A stretch of DNA of 64,000 nucleotides, taken from the sequence record PX994957.1; one strand, 5' to 3'. Below the pieces are notes generated by a model. It made no database searches, had not been told where the DNA came from, and saw only the letters and a list, made by a program, of their open reading frames with translations. The DNA comes from a phage. Shown here piece by piece: positions 19,237 through 36,935 of this stretch. Both the position numbers and the translations under genes were made by a program. The first letter of the stretch is position 1. Each line of letters opens with the position of its first letter.

Positions 19237-20103
19237 ATGTTCATTCAAGAACCAAAGAAATTGATTGATACCGGCGAAATTGGTAACGCTTCTACTGGTG
19301 ATATCTTATTCGACGGTGGTAATAAAATTAATAGTGATTTTAACGCAATTTATAATGCGTTTGGCGATCAACGTAAAATGGCAGTAGCAAATGGCACCGG
19401 AGCAGATGGTCAAATTATCCATGCTACTGGGTATTATCAAAAACACTCTATTGCAGAGTATGCAACTCCAGTAAAAGTTGGCACTAGACATGATATTGAT
19501 ACTTCTACCGTAGGTGTTAAAGTTATCATTGAAAGAGGCGAACTTGGCGACTGCGTTGAATTTATTAACTCGAATGGATCAATATCAGTTACTAATCCTT
19601 TAACGATTCAAGCTATTGATTCAATTAAAGGCGTTTCAGGTAATTTAGTAGTAACTAGTCCATATAGTAAAGTTACTTTACGTTGTATTTCATCTGATAA
19701 TTCTACGTCGGTTTGGAATTATTCTATTGAAAGTATGTTTGGGCAAAAGGAATCACCAGCTGAAGGTACATGGAATATTTCTACATCTGGATCAGTTGAC
19801 ATTCCACTATTTCATCGCACTGAATACAATATGGCTAAATTGCTAGTTACGTGCCAATCAGTAGATGGAAGAAAAATTAAAACAGCAGAAATAAATATTC
19901 TTGTGGATACTGTTAATTCAGAGGTCATTTCTTCTGAATATGCTGTCATGCGAGTTGGGAATGAAACCGAAGAAGACGAAATCGCTAATACTGCATTTAG
20001 TATTAAAGAAAATTACGTAACGGCGACTATAAGTTCTTCAACTGTCGGTATGAGAGCAGCAGTTAAAGTTATCGCTACGCAGAAAATCGGGGTGGCTCAA
20101 TAA
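19237..20103 (+). CDS. 9: gp9 baseplate wedge / long tail fibre socket
   Basis: 288 aa, synteny. Confidence 0.9.
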   Translation: MFIQEPKKLIDTGEIGNASTGDILFDGGNKINSDFNAIYNAFGDQRKMAVANGTGADGQIIHATGYYQKHSIAEYATPVKVGTRHDIDTSTVGVKVIIERGELGDCVEFINSNGSISVTNPLTIQAIDSIKGVSGNLVVTSPYSKVTLRCISSDNSTSVWNYSIESMFGQKESPAEGTWNISTSGSVDIPLFHRTEYNMAKLLVTCQSVDGRKIKTAEINILVDTVNSEVISSEYAVMRVGNETEEDEIANTAFSIKENYVTATISSSTVGMRAAVKVIATQKIGVAQ

Positions 20104-21908
20104 TGAAACAAAATATTAATATCGGTAATGTTGTAGATGATGGTACCGGTGACTACCTGCGTAAAGGTGGTATAAAAATAAATGAAAACTTTGATGAGCT
20201 TTATTATGAACTCGGTGATGGTAATGTTCCATATTCAGCCGGTGCTTGGAAAACTTATAATGCTTCATCTGGGCAAACATTAAAAGCTGAATGGGGAAAA
20301 TCATACGCTATTAATACTTCGTCTGGAAGAGTAACACTGCAACTTCCTAAAGGAACTGTTAATGATTATAATAAAGTAATTAGAGCTAGGGATGTATTTG
20401 CAACATGGAATGTTAATCCAGTTACTTTAGTAGCCGCTTCTGGTGATACTATCAAAGGATCATCGTCATCGGTTGAAATTAACGTTCAATTTAGTGATTT
20501 AGAGCTAGTTTATTGCGCTCCGGGCCGTTGGGAATATGTCAAAAATAAACAAATTGACAAAATTATTAGTTCAGACATTAGCAATGTAGCTCGTAAAGAA
20601 TTTTTAGTCGAAGTTCAAGGACAAACAGACTTTTTAGATATTTTCCGTGGAACTAGTTATAATGTTAATAACATCAGAGTAAAACACCGCGGTAATGAAT
20701 TGTATTACGGCGATGTTTTTAGCGAAAATAGCGACTTTGGTTCTCCTGGAGAAAATGAAGGCGAATTAGTTCCTCTTGATGGATTTAATATTCGATTAAG
20801 ACAGCCTTGTAATATTGGTGACACTGTTCAAATTGAAACATTTATGGATGGTGTATCACAATGGAGAAGTTCATATACAAGACGCCAAATAAAAGTACTG
20901 GATTCAAAACTAACATCAAAGACTTCTTTAGAAGGAAGTATTTACGTTACTGATTTATCGACGATGAAATCAATTCCATTTTCCGCATTTGGATTAATTC
21001 CAGGAGAACCTATTAATCCTAATTCTCTTGAAGTTCGTTTTAATGGAATTTTACAACAACAAGCTGGAACAGCTGGATATCCTCTGTTTTTGTGTGAAGG
21101 CGCTAGTTCAGATACGCAAGAAGGATGTATATCTCTTGGTGGTGAATGGAAAGAATCAAACACAGATTATTCTATAGAATATGAAGATGGAAAACCTACC
21201 AGTCTTTTATTTGATAGAAAATTTGAATCAGGCGATATAATCGTTATAACGTGGTTCAATAATGATTTAGGAACTCTTTTAGAAAAAGATGACATCATTG
21301 AATTGACTGATGACCGTTATGTTAGCAAAGGATCATCTACCGAAGTTACTGGTGATGTAGCCTTAACAGATTTTGATAAAATCGGTTGGCCAAATGTTGA
21401 AAAAGTTGATTCTTATACTAGAACGTATAATTCAATATCATCTATTTTCGATAGCATTTATCCTGTAGGTTCAATTTATGAAAATGCTATAAATCCAAAT
21501 AATCCGGTGACTTATATGGGATTTGGTTCATGGAAATTATTTGGTAAAGGACAAGTTTTAGTAGGATGGAATGATGATGTTACGGATCCAAACTTTGCTT
21601 TAAACAATAATGATTTAGATTCTAGCGGAAATCCTTCACATACTGCCGGTGGAACAGTTGGAACAACATCAGTAACGCTTGAAAACGCAAATCTTCCTGC
21701 AACTAAAACTGATGAAAAAGTTTTAATTGAAGATGAAAACGGATCAGTTATTATTGGAGGTTGTCAATATGACCCAGACGAAACTGGTCCTATATATACA
21801 AAATATCGTGAAGACTACGCAACAACAAACTCTTCACATACTCCTCCTGCTAATATTAGTAATATTCAACCGTCTATTACTGTATACCGTTGGATAAGGA
21901 TTGCATAA
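20103..21908 (+). CDS. 10: gp10 baseplate wedge / short tail fibre attachment
   Basis: 601 aa, synteny. Confidence 0.9.
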   Translation: MKQNINIGNVVDDGTGDYLRKGGIKINENFDELYYELGDGNVPYSAGAWKTYNASSGQTLKAEWGKSYAINTSSGRVTLQLPKGTVNDYNKVIRARDVFATWNVNPVTLVAASGDTIKGSSSSVEINVQFSDLELVYCAPGRWEYVKNKQIDKIISSDISNVARKEFLVEVQGQTDFLDIFRGTSYNVNNIRVKHRGNELYYGDVFSENSDFGSPGENEGELVPLDGFNIRLRQPCNIGDTVQIETFMDGVSQWRSSYTRRQIKVLDSKLTSKTSLEGSIYVTDLSTMKSIPFSAFGLIPGEPINPNSLEVRFNGILQQQAGTAGYPLFLCEGASSDTQEGCISLGGEWKESNTDYSIEYEDGKPTSLLFDRKFESGDIIVITWFNNDLGTLLEKDDIIELTDDRYVSKGSSTEVTGDVALTDFDKIGWPNVEKVDSYTRTYNSISSIFDSIYPVGSIYENAINPNNPVTYMGFGSWKLFGKGQVLVGWNDDVTDPNFALNNNDLDSSGNPSHTAGGTVGTTSVTLENANLPATKTDEKVLIEDENGSVIIGGCQYDPDETGPIYTKYREDYATTNSSHTPPANISNIQPSITVYRWIRIA

Positions 21909-22567
21909 TGAGTTTACTTAATAATAAAGCGGGAGTTATTTCCCGCTTAGCAGATTTTCTTGGTTTTAGAACTAAGAAAAATGATATTTCGGTTATGAAT
22001 AATCAGCCAGTAGGTGCTGTAACAATTTCACAAATAGCAAAAGGTTTTTATGACCCAAATGTAGAATCTGCTATTAATGATGTTAGAAATATGGCAGAGC
22101 AACAGGTTGGAGCTGTATTAGTTAATATAAGCGGCGTATCTCCTACTGGAGTTCAGCAAACAGACTACTGGTCATTTGAAGGAACTGTCAATGATACTTC
22201 AGCCAAACCGGGTGACACAGTTATTGTTAACATGTTTGGTATTCCAGTTAAAGCTACTAATGGAATGACTTCAATCGAATTTACCAGTGCCGTTAGAACA
22301 GCTCTACAGGAAATGGTTGCAAAATTTATTGCAATTGATTCATTTGAAGACCATCCTACCATAGGAAATAAAATACAAGTTAAGTATTTAGATAACCAAG
22401 AACATATCTTAGAACAATACTCTGATAAAGGAATTACTTTCAAACAAGAAATAATTTCTCCTTCTAAACCTGGATACGGAACTTGGCAATTATTAGGTGC
22501 GCAAACTGTCACGCTAGATAGTCACACACAACCTACGGTATTTTATTATTTTGAGAGAATAGCATGA
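21908..22567 (+). CDS. 11: gp11 baseplate wedge / short tail fibre connector
   Basis: 219 aa from ATG overlapping gp10 stop (TAATG); [20 protein letters not shown]. Confidence 0.9.
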   Translation: MSLLNNKAGVISRLADFLGFRTKKNDISVMNNQPVGAVTISQIAKGFYDPNVESAINDVRNMAEQQVGAVLVNISGVSPTGVQQTDYWSFEGTVNDTSAKPGDTVIVNMFGIPVKATNGMTSIEFTSAVRTALQEMVAKFIAIDSFEDHPTIGNKIQVKYLDNQEHILEQYSDKGITFKQEIISPSKPGYGTWQLLGAQTVTLDSHTQPTVFYYFERIA

Positions 22568-24114
22568 GTAACAATACATATCAGCACGTATCAAATGAAT
22601 CAAAATACGTTAAATTCGATCCTGTAGGATCGAATTTTCCTGACACTGTCACGACAGTGCAGTCTGCATTATCAAAAATAAGTAATATCGGCGTAAATGG
22701 TATTCCTGATGCAACTATGGAAGTTAAAGGAATAGCAATGATTGCGTCAGAGCAAGAGGTTTTAGATGGAACTAATAATTCTAAAATCGTTACACCAGCT
22801 ACATTAGCAACAAGATTATTGTATCCAAATGCTACTGAAACTAAGTATGGTTTAACGCGCTATTCAACAAATGAAGAAACATTAGAAGGCTCAGATAATA
22901 ATTCATCAATAACGCCCCAAAAACTGAAATACCATACTGACGATGTGTTCCAAAATAGATATTCGTCTGAGTCATCAAACGGGGTTATTAAAATATCATC
23001 TACACCTGCAGCTTTAGCTGGAGTAGATGATACTACGGCAATGACTCCGCTAAAAACACAAAAACTTGCAATAAAATTAATTTCGCAAATAGCTCCTTCA
23101 GAAGACACAGCATCAGAATCTGTTAGAGGCGTAGTTCAGTTATCAACTGTCGCTCAAACTCGTCAAGGAACTCTCCGCGAAGGATATGCAATTTCTCCGT
23201 ATACCTTTATGAATTCTGTTGCAACACAAGAATATAAGGGTGTTATACGTTTAGGAACACAATCGGAAATTAACAGTAATTTGGGAGATGTTGCTGTAAC
23301 AGGTGAAACATTAAATGGTCGAGGAGCTACCGGTTCTATGCGTGGGGTAGTAAAATTAACGACGCAAGCCGGTATTGCCCCTGAAGGTGATAGCTCTGGA
23401 GCATTAGCATGGAACGCAGATGTAATTAATACTCGCGGTGGACAAACTATTAATGGTTCTTTAAATTTAGATCATTTAACAGCAAATGGAATTTGGTCAC
23501 GCGGCGGAATGTGGAAAAATGGCGATCAACCTGTTGCCACTGAAAGATATGCGTCCGAAAGGGTTCCAGTTGGAACTATTATGATGTTTGCTGGAGATTC
23601 AGCTCCTCCTGGTTGGATTATGTGCCATGGTGGAACTGTGTCAGGAGATCAATATCCTGATTATAGAAACACAGTTGGAACGAGATTTGGTGGCGATTGG
23701 AATAATCCTGGCATTCCTGATATGCGAGGTCTTTTCGTCAGAGGAGCTGGTACTGGTGGTCATATTTTAAATCAACGAGGGCAAGATGGTTACGGGAAGG
23801 ATAGACTTGGTGTAGGATGTGACGGAATGCATGTTGGCGGTGTTCAAGCACAACAGATGTCATACCATAAACATGCTGGCGGTTGGGGAGAATACCAAAG
23901 ACATGAAGCTCCATTTGGCGCGTCCGTTTATCAAGGATATCTTGGAACTAGAAAATATGCCGACTGGGATAATGCTTCATACTTCACTAATGATGGATTT
24001 GAATTAGGTGGACCGAGAGATGCCCTTGGTACACTTAATCGTGAAGGATTAATTGGTTATGAAACTAGACCATGGAATATATCATTAAACTATATTATTA
24101 AAATTCATTACTAA
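22564..24114 (+). CDS. 12: gp12 short tail fibre
   Basis: 516 aa, ATGA overlap with gene 11, synteny. Confidence 0.9.
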   Translation: MSNNTYQHVSNESKYVKFDPVGSNFPDTVTTVQSALSKISNIGVNGIPDATMEVKGIAMIASEQEVLDGTNNSKIVTPATLATRLLYPNATETKYGLTRYSTNEETLEGSDNNSSITPQKLKYHTDDVFQNRYSSESSNGVIKISSTPAALAGVDDTTAMTPLKTQKLAIKLISQIAPSEDTASESVRGVVQLSTVAQTRQGTLREGYAISPYTFMNSVATQEYKGVIRLGTQSEINSNLGDVAVTGETLNGRGATGSMRGVVKLTTQAGIAPEGDSSGALAWNADVINTRGGQTINGSLNLDHLTANGIWSRGGMWKNGDQPVATERYASERVPVGTIMMFAGDSAPPGWIMCHGGTVSGDQYPDYRNTVGTRFGGDWNNPGIPDMRGLFVRGAGTGGHILNQRGQDGYGKDRLGVGCDGMHVGGVQAQQMSYHKHAGGWGEYQRHEAPFGASVYQGYLGTRKYADWDNASYFTNDGFELGGPRDALGTLNREGLIGYETRPWNISLNYIIKIHY

Positions 24115-24123
24115 GGATTACAA

Positions 24124-25581
24124 ATGATTGAATTAAAAGATTTACCTTTTGTTGATAGCGTTCCTGGCGAAGGTCAGGAACGTATTTCATGGATTAAAAA
24201 TGGTGAAGAAATACTAGGAGCTAGTACTAAGTATGGAAACGATGGATCAATGAATAGACCAACTGTGTCCGTATTTAAAAATGTTGAGGTTCTTGATGAA
24301 AATATAGGAATTCTTAAAACTGCCGTTGAAACATCACAGGAAGATATTAAAACAATTCAAGGCATTTTGGATGTATCTGGAGATATCGAAGCACTATCAC
24401 AGATTAGCGTTAATAAAAATGACATATCAAATTTAAAGACGCTTACGAATGAACACACTGATATATTAAATGGTACAAATACTACGGTTGATAATATTCT
24501 TTCTGATATTGGTCCATTTAATTCGCAAGCAAATTCAGTTTATAGAACGATTAGAAATGATTTGTTATGGATTAAAAGGGAATTAGGACAATATGCTGGG
24601 CAAGATATTAATGGTCTTCCTGTTGTAGGAAATAGCAGCACGGGGATGAAGCACCGTATCATTAATAATACAGATGCTATAACTTCCCAAGGAATACGTC
24701 TAAGTGATTTGGAAGAAAAATTTATTGAATCTGATGTAGGTTCACTGACAATTGAAGTCGGAAATCTTAGACAAGAACTTGGACAAAGACCATCTTCATT
24801 TAGTGAAAGCATATATTCACGTGTGCATAATTTAGATCAATCACAGATTAATCTTAGTTCCGAAATTAAATCTATCAAAACTTCTATTGGATATCCAGGA
24901 AATACTTCAATAATCACAGATGTCAATGTCAACAGTCAAGAAATTTCAGCTTTAAATGATGAACTAAATAAAAGTGGCGGCGTTAAACAGCGATTAACTG
25001 TTATTGAAACATCGATTGGTTCAGATGATATTCCTTCTAGTATTAAAGGTCAAATTAAAGATAATACCACTTCTATTGAATCTTTAAATGGAATTGTAGG
25101 TGAAAACACCTCGTCCGGTTTAAGAGCTAACGTTTCATGGCTAAATCAGATAGTTGGAACTGATTCTAGCGGAGGTCAACCTTCTCCTCCGGGGTCTCTT
25201 TTAAATAGAGTTTCAACTGTTGAAACCTCTGTTAATAGACTTAACAATGATGTTCAAAACTTACAGGTTGAAATTGGTAATAACAATTCCGGAATTAAAG
25301 GGCAAGTTGTAACACTAAATAAATTAGTAAATGGAACAAATCCGAATGGTTCAACTGTCGAAGAACGCGGATTGACTAATTCAATAAAAGCTAATGAGAC
25401 TAACATTTCTTCAATTAATCAAGAGATTCGTAGTATTAAAGGTAATGTGTCCTCATTGCAGAGGGATGTCCAGACTTTACAAGAAGCTGGTTATATTCCT
25501 GAAGCTCCAAAAGATGGTCAAGCTTACGTTCGTAAAGACGGCGAATGGGTATTGCTTTCTACCTTTTTATCACCAGCATAA
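24124..25581 (+). CDS. wac: fibritin (whisker antigen control, wac)
   Basis: 485 aa coiled-coil; C-terminal foldon [27 protein letters not shown]. Confidence 0.95.
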   Translation: MIELKDLPFVDSVPGEGQERISWIKNGEEILGASTKYGNDGSMNRPTVSVFKNVEVLDENIGILKTAVETSQEDIKTIQGILDVSGDIEALSQISVNKNDISNLKTLTNEHTDILNGTNTTVDNILSDIGPFNSQANSVYRTIRNDLLWIKRELGQYAGQDINGLPVVGNSSTGMKHRIINNTDAITSQGIRLSDLEEKFIESDVGSLTIEVGNLRQELGQRPSSFSESIYSRVHNLDQSQINLSSEIKSIKTSIGYPGNTSIITDVNVNSQEISALNDELNKSGGVKQRLTVIETSIGSDDIPSSIKGQIKDNTTSIESLNGIVGENTSSGLRANVSWLNQIVGTDSSGGQPSPPGSLLNRVSTVETSVNRLNNDVQNLQVEIGNNNSGIKGQVVTLNKLVNGTNPNGSTVEERGLTNSIKANETNISSINQEIRSIKGNVSSLQRDVQTLQEAGYIPEAPKDGQAYVRKDGEWVLLSTFLSPA

Positions 25582-25611
25582 CATGGGCCGCAAGGCCCTA
25601 AAGGATTTTAA

Positions 25612-27313
<1,702 letters not shown>

Positions 27314-27354
27314 TAAATATTATAAACTAATTAAAGCCCAGATTAGGAGAAATC

Positions 27355-30495
<3,141 letters not shown>

Positions 30496-30523
30496 TATTA
30501 AAGCATATTAAAGAGGATTAAAA

Positions 30524-32512
30524 ATGACTTTATTATCTCCGGGCATTGAGCTCAAAGAAACTACGGTTCAAAGCACCGTGGTTAATAACTCTACTGGTAC
30601 AGCAGCTTTGGCCGGTAAATTCCAGTGGGGTCCTGCTTTTCAGATTAAACAGGTTACAAATGAAGTAGATTTAGTTAATACTTTTGGTCAACCAACCGCT
30701 GAAACTGCTGACTATTTTATGTCTGCGATGAATTTCTTGCAGTACGGAAATGACTTACGAGTAGTTCGTGCTGTTGATAGAGATACCGCTAAAAACTCAT
30801 CGCCAATTGCTGGTAATATTGAATACACAATTTCTACCCCGGGTAGTAACTATGCAGTTGGAGATAAAATCACGGTCAAATATGTTTCAGATGATATTGA
30901 AACTGAAGGTAAAATTACCGAAGTAGACGCAGATGGAAAAATTAAGAAAATTAATATTCCTACTGCAAAAATTATTGCTAAAGCTAAAGAAGTTGGCGAA
31001 TACCCAACATTAGGTTCTAACTGGACTGCAGAAATTTCTTCATCTTCTTCCGGTTTAGCTGCAGTAATAACTCTTGGAAAAATTATTACTGATTCCGGTA
31101 TTTTATTAGCTGAAATCGAGAGCGCTGAAACTGCTATGACAGCAGTTGATTTTCAGGCAAATCTTGAAAAATATGGAATTCCAGGAGTAGTAGCTCTCTA
31201 TCCAGGCGAATTAGGCGATAAAATTGAAATTGAAATCATATCTAAAGCTGACTATGCGAAAGGCGCTTCTGCATTACTGCCAATTTATCCAGGTGGTGGT
31301 ACTCGTGCATCTACTGCCAAGGCAGTATTTGGATATGGGCCGCAGACTGACTCACAGTACGCTATTATAGTTCGTCGAAATGATGCTATTGTTCAAAGCG
31401 TTGTTCTTTCAACTAAGCGCGGTGAAAAAGATATTTACGATAGTAACATCTATATCGATGACTTTTTCGCAAAAGGCGGCTCAGAATATATTTTTGCAAC
31501 TGCACAAAACTGGCCAGAAGGCTTCTCTGGAATTTTAACTCTGTCTGGTGGATTATCATCAAATGCTGAAGTAACAGCAGGAGATTTGATGGAAGCTTGG
31601 GACTTCTTTGCTGACCGCGAATCTGTTGACGTTCAGTTGTTTATTGCGGGTTCTTGTGCCGGTGAATCTTTAGAAACAGCATCTACTGTCCAAAAACACG
31701 TCGTTTCAATTGGTGATGCTCGCCAGGATTGCTTAGTATTGTGCTCACCACCGCGTGAAACTGTAGTTGGAATTCCTGTAACCCGTGCTGTTGACAACTT
31801 AGTCAATTGGAGAACTGCCACAGGTTCATATACTGATAATAACTTTAATATTAGTTCAACCTACGCAGCAATTGATGGTAACTACAAATATCAGTATGAC
31901 AAATATAATGATGTGAATCGTTGGGTTCCATTAGCAGCTGATATTGCTGGTTTATGCGCAAGAACTGATAACGTATCTCAGACTTGGATGTCACCAGCTG
32001 GTTATAATCGTGGCCAGATTCTTAACGTTATTAAACTTGCTATTGAAACTCGCCAGGCACAACGTGACCGCTTATATCAAGAAGCTATCAACCCAGTAAC
32101 TGGTACTGGTGGTGATGGTTACGTATTGTATGGTGATAAAACAGCTACTTCTGTTCCTTCTCCATTTGATCGTATTAACGTTCGTCGTCTGTTTAATATG
32201 TTGAAAACGAATATCGGACGTAGTTCAAAATATCGTTTGTTCGAATTAAACAACGCGTTTACTCGTTCTTCATTCCGTACAGAAACTGCTCAGTACTTGC
32301 AAGGAATTAAAGCTCTTGGCGGAATTTATGAATATCGTGTAGTTTGCGATACAACAAATAACACTCCGTCAGTAATTGATAGAAATGAGTTTGTTGCAAC
32401 ATTCTACATCCAACCGGCGCGCAGTATAAATTATATCCAGCTTAACTTCGTTGCGACTGCTACTGGTGCAGATTTCGATGAGTTAACTGGGTTAACTGGT
32501 CTTGCTGGTTAA
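30524..32512 (+). CDS. 18: gp18 contractile tail sheath
   Basis: 662 aa, synteny. Confidence 0.95.
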   Translation: MTLLSPGIELKETTVQSTVVNNSTGTAALAGKFQWGPAFQIKQVTNEVDLVNTFGQPTAETADYFMSAMNFLQYGNDLRVVRAVDRDTAKNSSPIAGNIEYTISTPGSNYAVGDKITVKYVSDDIETEGKITEVDADGKIKKINIPTAKIIAKAKEVGEYPTLGSNWTAEISSSSSGLAAVITLGKIITDSGILLAEIESAETAMTAVDFQANLEKYGIPGVVALYPGELGDKIEIEIISKADYAKGASALLPIYPGGGTRASTAKAVFGYGPQTDSQYAIIVRRNDAIVQSVVLSTKRGEKDIYDSNIYIDDFFAKGGSEYIFATAQNWPEGFSGILTLSGGLSSNAEVTAGDLMEAWDFFADRESVDVQLFIAGSCAGESLETASTVQKHVVSIGDARQDCLVLCSPPRETVVGIPVTRAVDNLVNWRTATGSYTDNNFNISSTYAAIDGNYKYQYDKYNDVNRWVPLAADIAGLCARTDNVSQTWMSPAGYNRGQILNVIKLAIETRQAQRDRLYQEAINPVTGTGGDGYVLYGDKTATSVPSPFDRINVRRLFNMLKTNIGRSSKYRLFELNNAFTRSSFRTETAQYLQGIKALGGIYEYRVVCDTTNNTPSVIDRNEFVATFYIQPARSINYIQLNFVATATGADFDELTGLTGLAG

Positions 32513-32547
32513 TACGGTGCATTCTAAAGGCCTGTTTCGGCAGGCCA

Positions 32548-32555
32548 TATAAATA
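32548..32555 (+). promoter_or_regulatory. T4 late promoter TATAAATA (distal copy)
   Basis: TATAAATA immediately after hairpin aggcctg/caggcct. Confidence 0.6.
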
Positions 32556-32606
32556 CACTATATCCTTAATTCTTTAATTCTATATGCCCTAGGTTAAACA
32601 TAGGGA

Positions 32607-32614
32607 TATAAATA
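32607..32614 (+). promoter_or_regulatory. T4 late promoter TATAAATA (proximal copy)
   Basis: TATAAATA 15 nt upstream of gene 19. Confidence 0.65.
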
Positions 32615-32628
32615 CTACAGAGGCTAAT

Positions 32629-33120
32629 ATGTTTGTAGATGATGTAACACGAGCGTTTGAATCTGGTGATTTTGCTCGACCTAACTTATTCCAAGTAGAA
32701 ATTTCTTATCTTGGACAAAATTTTACGTTCCAATGTAAAGCCACTGCTTTACCAGCTGGTATTGTAGAAAAAATTCCAGTCGGATTTATGAACCGTAAAA
32801 TTAACGTAGCAGGTGATCGTACATTCGATGACTGGACTGTTACAGTAATGAACGATGAGGCACATGATGCTCGCCAGAAGTTCGTTGATTGGCAAAGCAT
32901 TGCTGCGGGGCAAGGAAACGAAATTACTGGTGGAAAACCTGCAGAGTATAAAAAGAGCGCTATCGTTCGTCAATATGCTCGTGACGCTAAAACAGTAACA
33001 AAAGAAATTGAAATTAAAGGTCTGTGGCCTACTAACGTGGGTGAACTTCAATTAGATTGGGATTCAAACAATGAAATTCAAACCTTTGAAGTAACTCTTG
33101 CTCTCGATTATTGGGAATAA
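32629..33120 (+). CDS. 19: gp19 tail tube
   Basis: 163 aa, synteny. Confidence 0.95.
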   Translation: MFVDDVTRAFESGDFARPNLFQVEISYLGQNFTFQCKATALPAGIVEKIPVGFMNRKINVAGDRTFDDWTVTVMNDEAHDARQKFVDWQSIAAGQGNEITGGKPAEYKKSAIVRQYARDAKTVTKEIEIKGLWPTNVGELQLDWDSNNEIQTFEVTLALDYWE

Positions 33121-33152
33121 AATGAATGGGGAGAAATCCCCATCCTGCTTAA

Positions 33153-34777
<1,625 letters not shown>

Positions 34778-34778
<1 letters not shown>

Positions 34779-35014
34779 TGGAAGGTTTAATTGAAGCTAT
34801 TAAATCAAACGACCTCGTAGCCGCTCGTAAATTCTTTGCTGAAGCCATGGCTGCAAGAACGACTGATTTAATCAAAGAAGAAAAAATCACTATCGCTCGT
34901 AATTTCTTAATCGAGGGTGAAGAACCTGATGACGAGGATGACGACGAAGATAGCGATGATGATAAAGACGACAAAAAAGACAAAGACTCTGACGATGACG
35001 AGGATGATGAATAA
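34778..35014 (+). CDS. 67: gp67 prohead core protein
   Basis: 78 aa, highly acidic C-terminus ([12 protein letters not shown]). Confidence 0.85.
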
Positions 35015-35439
35015 TGATTCTAATCCCTGAAACTCATGAATTAGTTCTCGAGAATGTCGAAGCACTTATTCCTGAAGCACAGGGTCGCTTTGACGAGTTG
35101 TCTTCTGCTTTAAATAAAGACGATATAAATAAAATTATCGAGAATATGCTTGATGATGAAACTGATTTAGCGGTTGCATTAGCTTCTATTAATGAAAATA
35201 TGCCGTTAAATGAATTCATCGTTAAACATGTTTCTGCCCGTGGTGAAATTACTCGCACTAAAGATCGCAAAACCCGCGAACGTAATGCATTTCAAACTAC
35301 CGGGTTGTCTAAAGCAAAACGTAGACAAATTGCTCGTAAAGCTACCAAAACGAAGATTGCCAATCCAGCAGGTCAATCTCGTGCTCAGCGTAAGCGTAAA
35401 AAAGCTCTTAAACGCCGTAAAGCATTAGGATTAAGCTAA
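35014..35439 (+). CDS. 68: gp68 prohead core protein
   Basis: 141 aa, basic C-terminus, synteny. Confidence 0.85.
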   Translation: MILIPETHELVLENVEALIPEAQGRFDELSSALNKDDINKIIENMLDDETDLAVALASINENMPLNEFIVKHVSARGEITRTKDRKTRERNAFQTTGLSKAKRRQIARKATKTKIANPAGQSRAQRKRKKALKRRKALGLS

Positions 35440-36077
35440 TGAATGAACCCCAATTACTAATTGAAACTTGGGGTCAACCTGGCGAAATTATTGATGGCGT
35501 ACCAATGCTTGAATCTCATGATGGAAAAGACTTAGGTTTAAAACCTGGTTTATACATCGAAGGAATATTCATGCAAGCAGAAGTCGTCAATAGAAATAAA
35601 CGTCTTTATCCAAAACGTATATTAGAAAAAGCGGTAAAAGACTATATTAATGAGCAAGTTTTAACTAAACAAGCTCTCGGAGAATTAAATCATCCTCCAC
35701 GCGCTAATGTTGACCCGATGCAAGCCGCTATCATTATAGAAGATATGTGGTGGAAAGGAAATGACGTATACGGACGAGCTCGTGTTATTGAAGGTGACCA
35801 TGGTCCTGGAGATAAATTAGCAGCTAATATTCGTGCCGGATGGATTCCAGGAGTTTCTTCTCGTGGATTAGGTTCATTGACTGACACAAATAAAGGTTAT
35901 CGTATCGTAAACGAAGGATTCAAATTAACTGTAGGTGTTGATGCAGTATGGGGTCCAAGTGCTCCAGATGCATGGGTAACTCCTAAGGAAATTACAGAAT
36001 CACAGACGGCGGAAGCCGATACAAGTGCCGATGACGCCTATATGGCTCTCGCAGAGGCCATGAAAAAAGCGTTATAA
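35439..36077 (+). CDS. 21: gp21 prohead core protease
   Basis: 212 aa, synteny between 68 and 22. Confidence 0.9.
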   Translation: MNEPQLLIETWGQPGEIIDGVPMLESHDGKDLGLKPGLYIEGIFMQAEVVNRNKRLYPKRILEKAVKDYINEQVLTKQALGELNHPPRANVDPMQAAIIIEDMWWKGNDVYGRARVIEGDHGPGDKLAANIRAGWIPGVSSRGLGSLTDTNKGYRIVNEGFKLTVGVDAVWGPSAPDAWVTPKEITESQTAEADTSADDAYMALAEAMKKAL

Positions 36078-36107
36078 ATATTATTATCTAAACAACAGGA
36101 CTACAAA

Positions 36108-36917
36108 ATGCTTAAAGAACAACTGATTGCCGAAGCGCAGAAAATTGATGCTTCCGTTGCTCTTGATAGTATTTTCGAATCAGTTAATATTTCTCCGGAA
36201 GCAAAAGAAACTTTCGGCACTGTATTCGAAGCTACCGTCAAGCAGCACGCCGTTAAATTAGCTGAATCTCATATCGCTAAAATTGCTGAAAAAGCAGAAG
36301 AAGAAGTAGAAAAAAATAAAGAAGAAGCAGAAGAAAAAGCTGAGAAGAAAATCGCTGAGCAAGCTTCTAAATTCCTTGACCATCTTGCAAAAGAATGGCT
36401 CACTGAAAATAAATTAGCAGTAGATAAAGGTATCAAAGCCGAACTGTTTGAATCCATGCTTGGTGGATTGAAAGAGCTCTTCGTTGAACACAACGTTGTT
36501 GTTCCAGAAGAATCAGTTGATGTTGTAGCTGAAATGGAAGAAGAACTGCAAGAACATAAAGAAGAATCAGCTCGTCTGTTCGAAGAACTCAATAAGCGTG
36601 ACGCATATATCAATTATGTGCAGCGTGAAGTGGCATTGAGCGAAAGTACTAAAGATCTGACTGAGTCTCAAAAAGAAAAAGTCTCTGCTCTGGTCGAAGG
36701 TATTGATTATTCAGATGCATTCTCAAGCAAATTGAGTGCCATCGTAGAAATGGTGAAGAAATCTAATAAAGATGAAAGCACTATTACTGAGAGTATAAAT
36801 ACTCCTGATACTGAAGCAGCCGGACTGAATTTCGTCACTGAAGCTGTAGAAGATAAATCTGCACAAGGTGCAGAAGATATTGTAAGTGTATATGCGAAAG
36901 TCGCATCTCGTTTCTAA
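36108..36917 (+). CDS. 22: gp22 prohead core scaffold
   Basis: 269 aa, Glu/Lys-rich helical protein. Confidence 0.9.
   Translation: MLKEQLIAEAQKIDASVALDSIFESVNISPEAKETFGTVFEATVKQHAVKLAESHIAKIAEKAEEEVEKNKEEAEEKAEKKIAEQASKFLDHLAKEWLTENKLAVDKGIKAELFESMLGGLKELFVEHNVVVPEESVDVVAEMEEELQEHKEESARLFEELNKRDAYINYVQREVALSESTKDLTESQKEKVSALVEGIDYSDAFSSKLSAIVEMVKKSNKDESTITESINTPDTEAAGLNFVTEAVEDKSAQGAEDIVSVYAKVASRF
36794..36801 (+). promoter_or_regulatory. T4 late promoter TATAAATA inside 3-prime end of gene 22
   Basis: TATAAATA about 135 nt upstream of gene 23. Confidence 0.55.
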
Positions 36918-36935
36918 TTTTAAAGGTTAACACAA

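Noticed and set aside
10791-24007. Short antisense or out-of-frame ORFs inside large structural genes (e.g. 10791..11000, 14607..14804, 17062..17265, 22165..22512, 23588..23770)
   Set aside because: Fully embedded in long, well-supported genes with T4 homologs; no independent start signals; typical six-frame noise in AT-rich DNA.
34900-35014. Low-complexity GAT/GAC-rich tract
   Set aside because: Encodes the acidic Asp/Glu tail of gp67 prohead core protein; not a simple-sequence repeat of independent significance.
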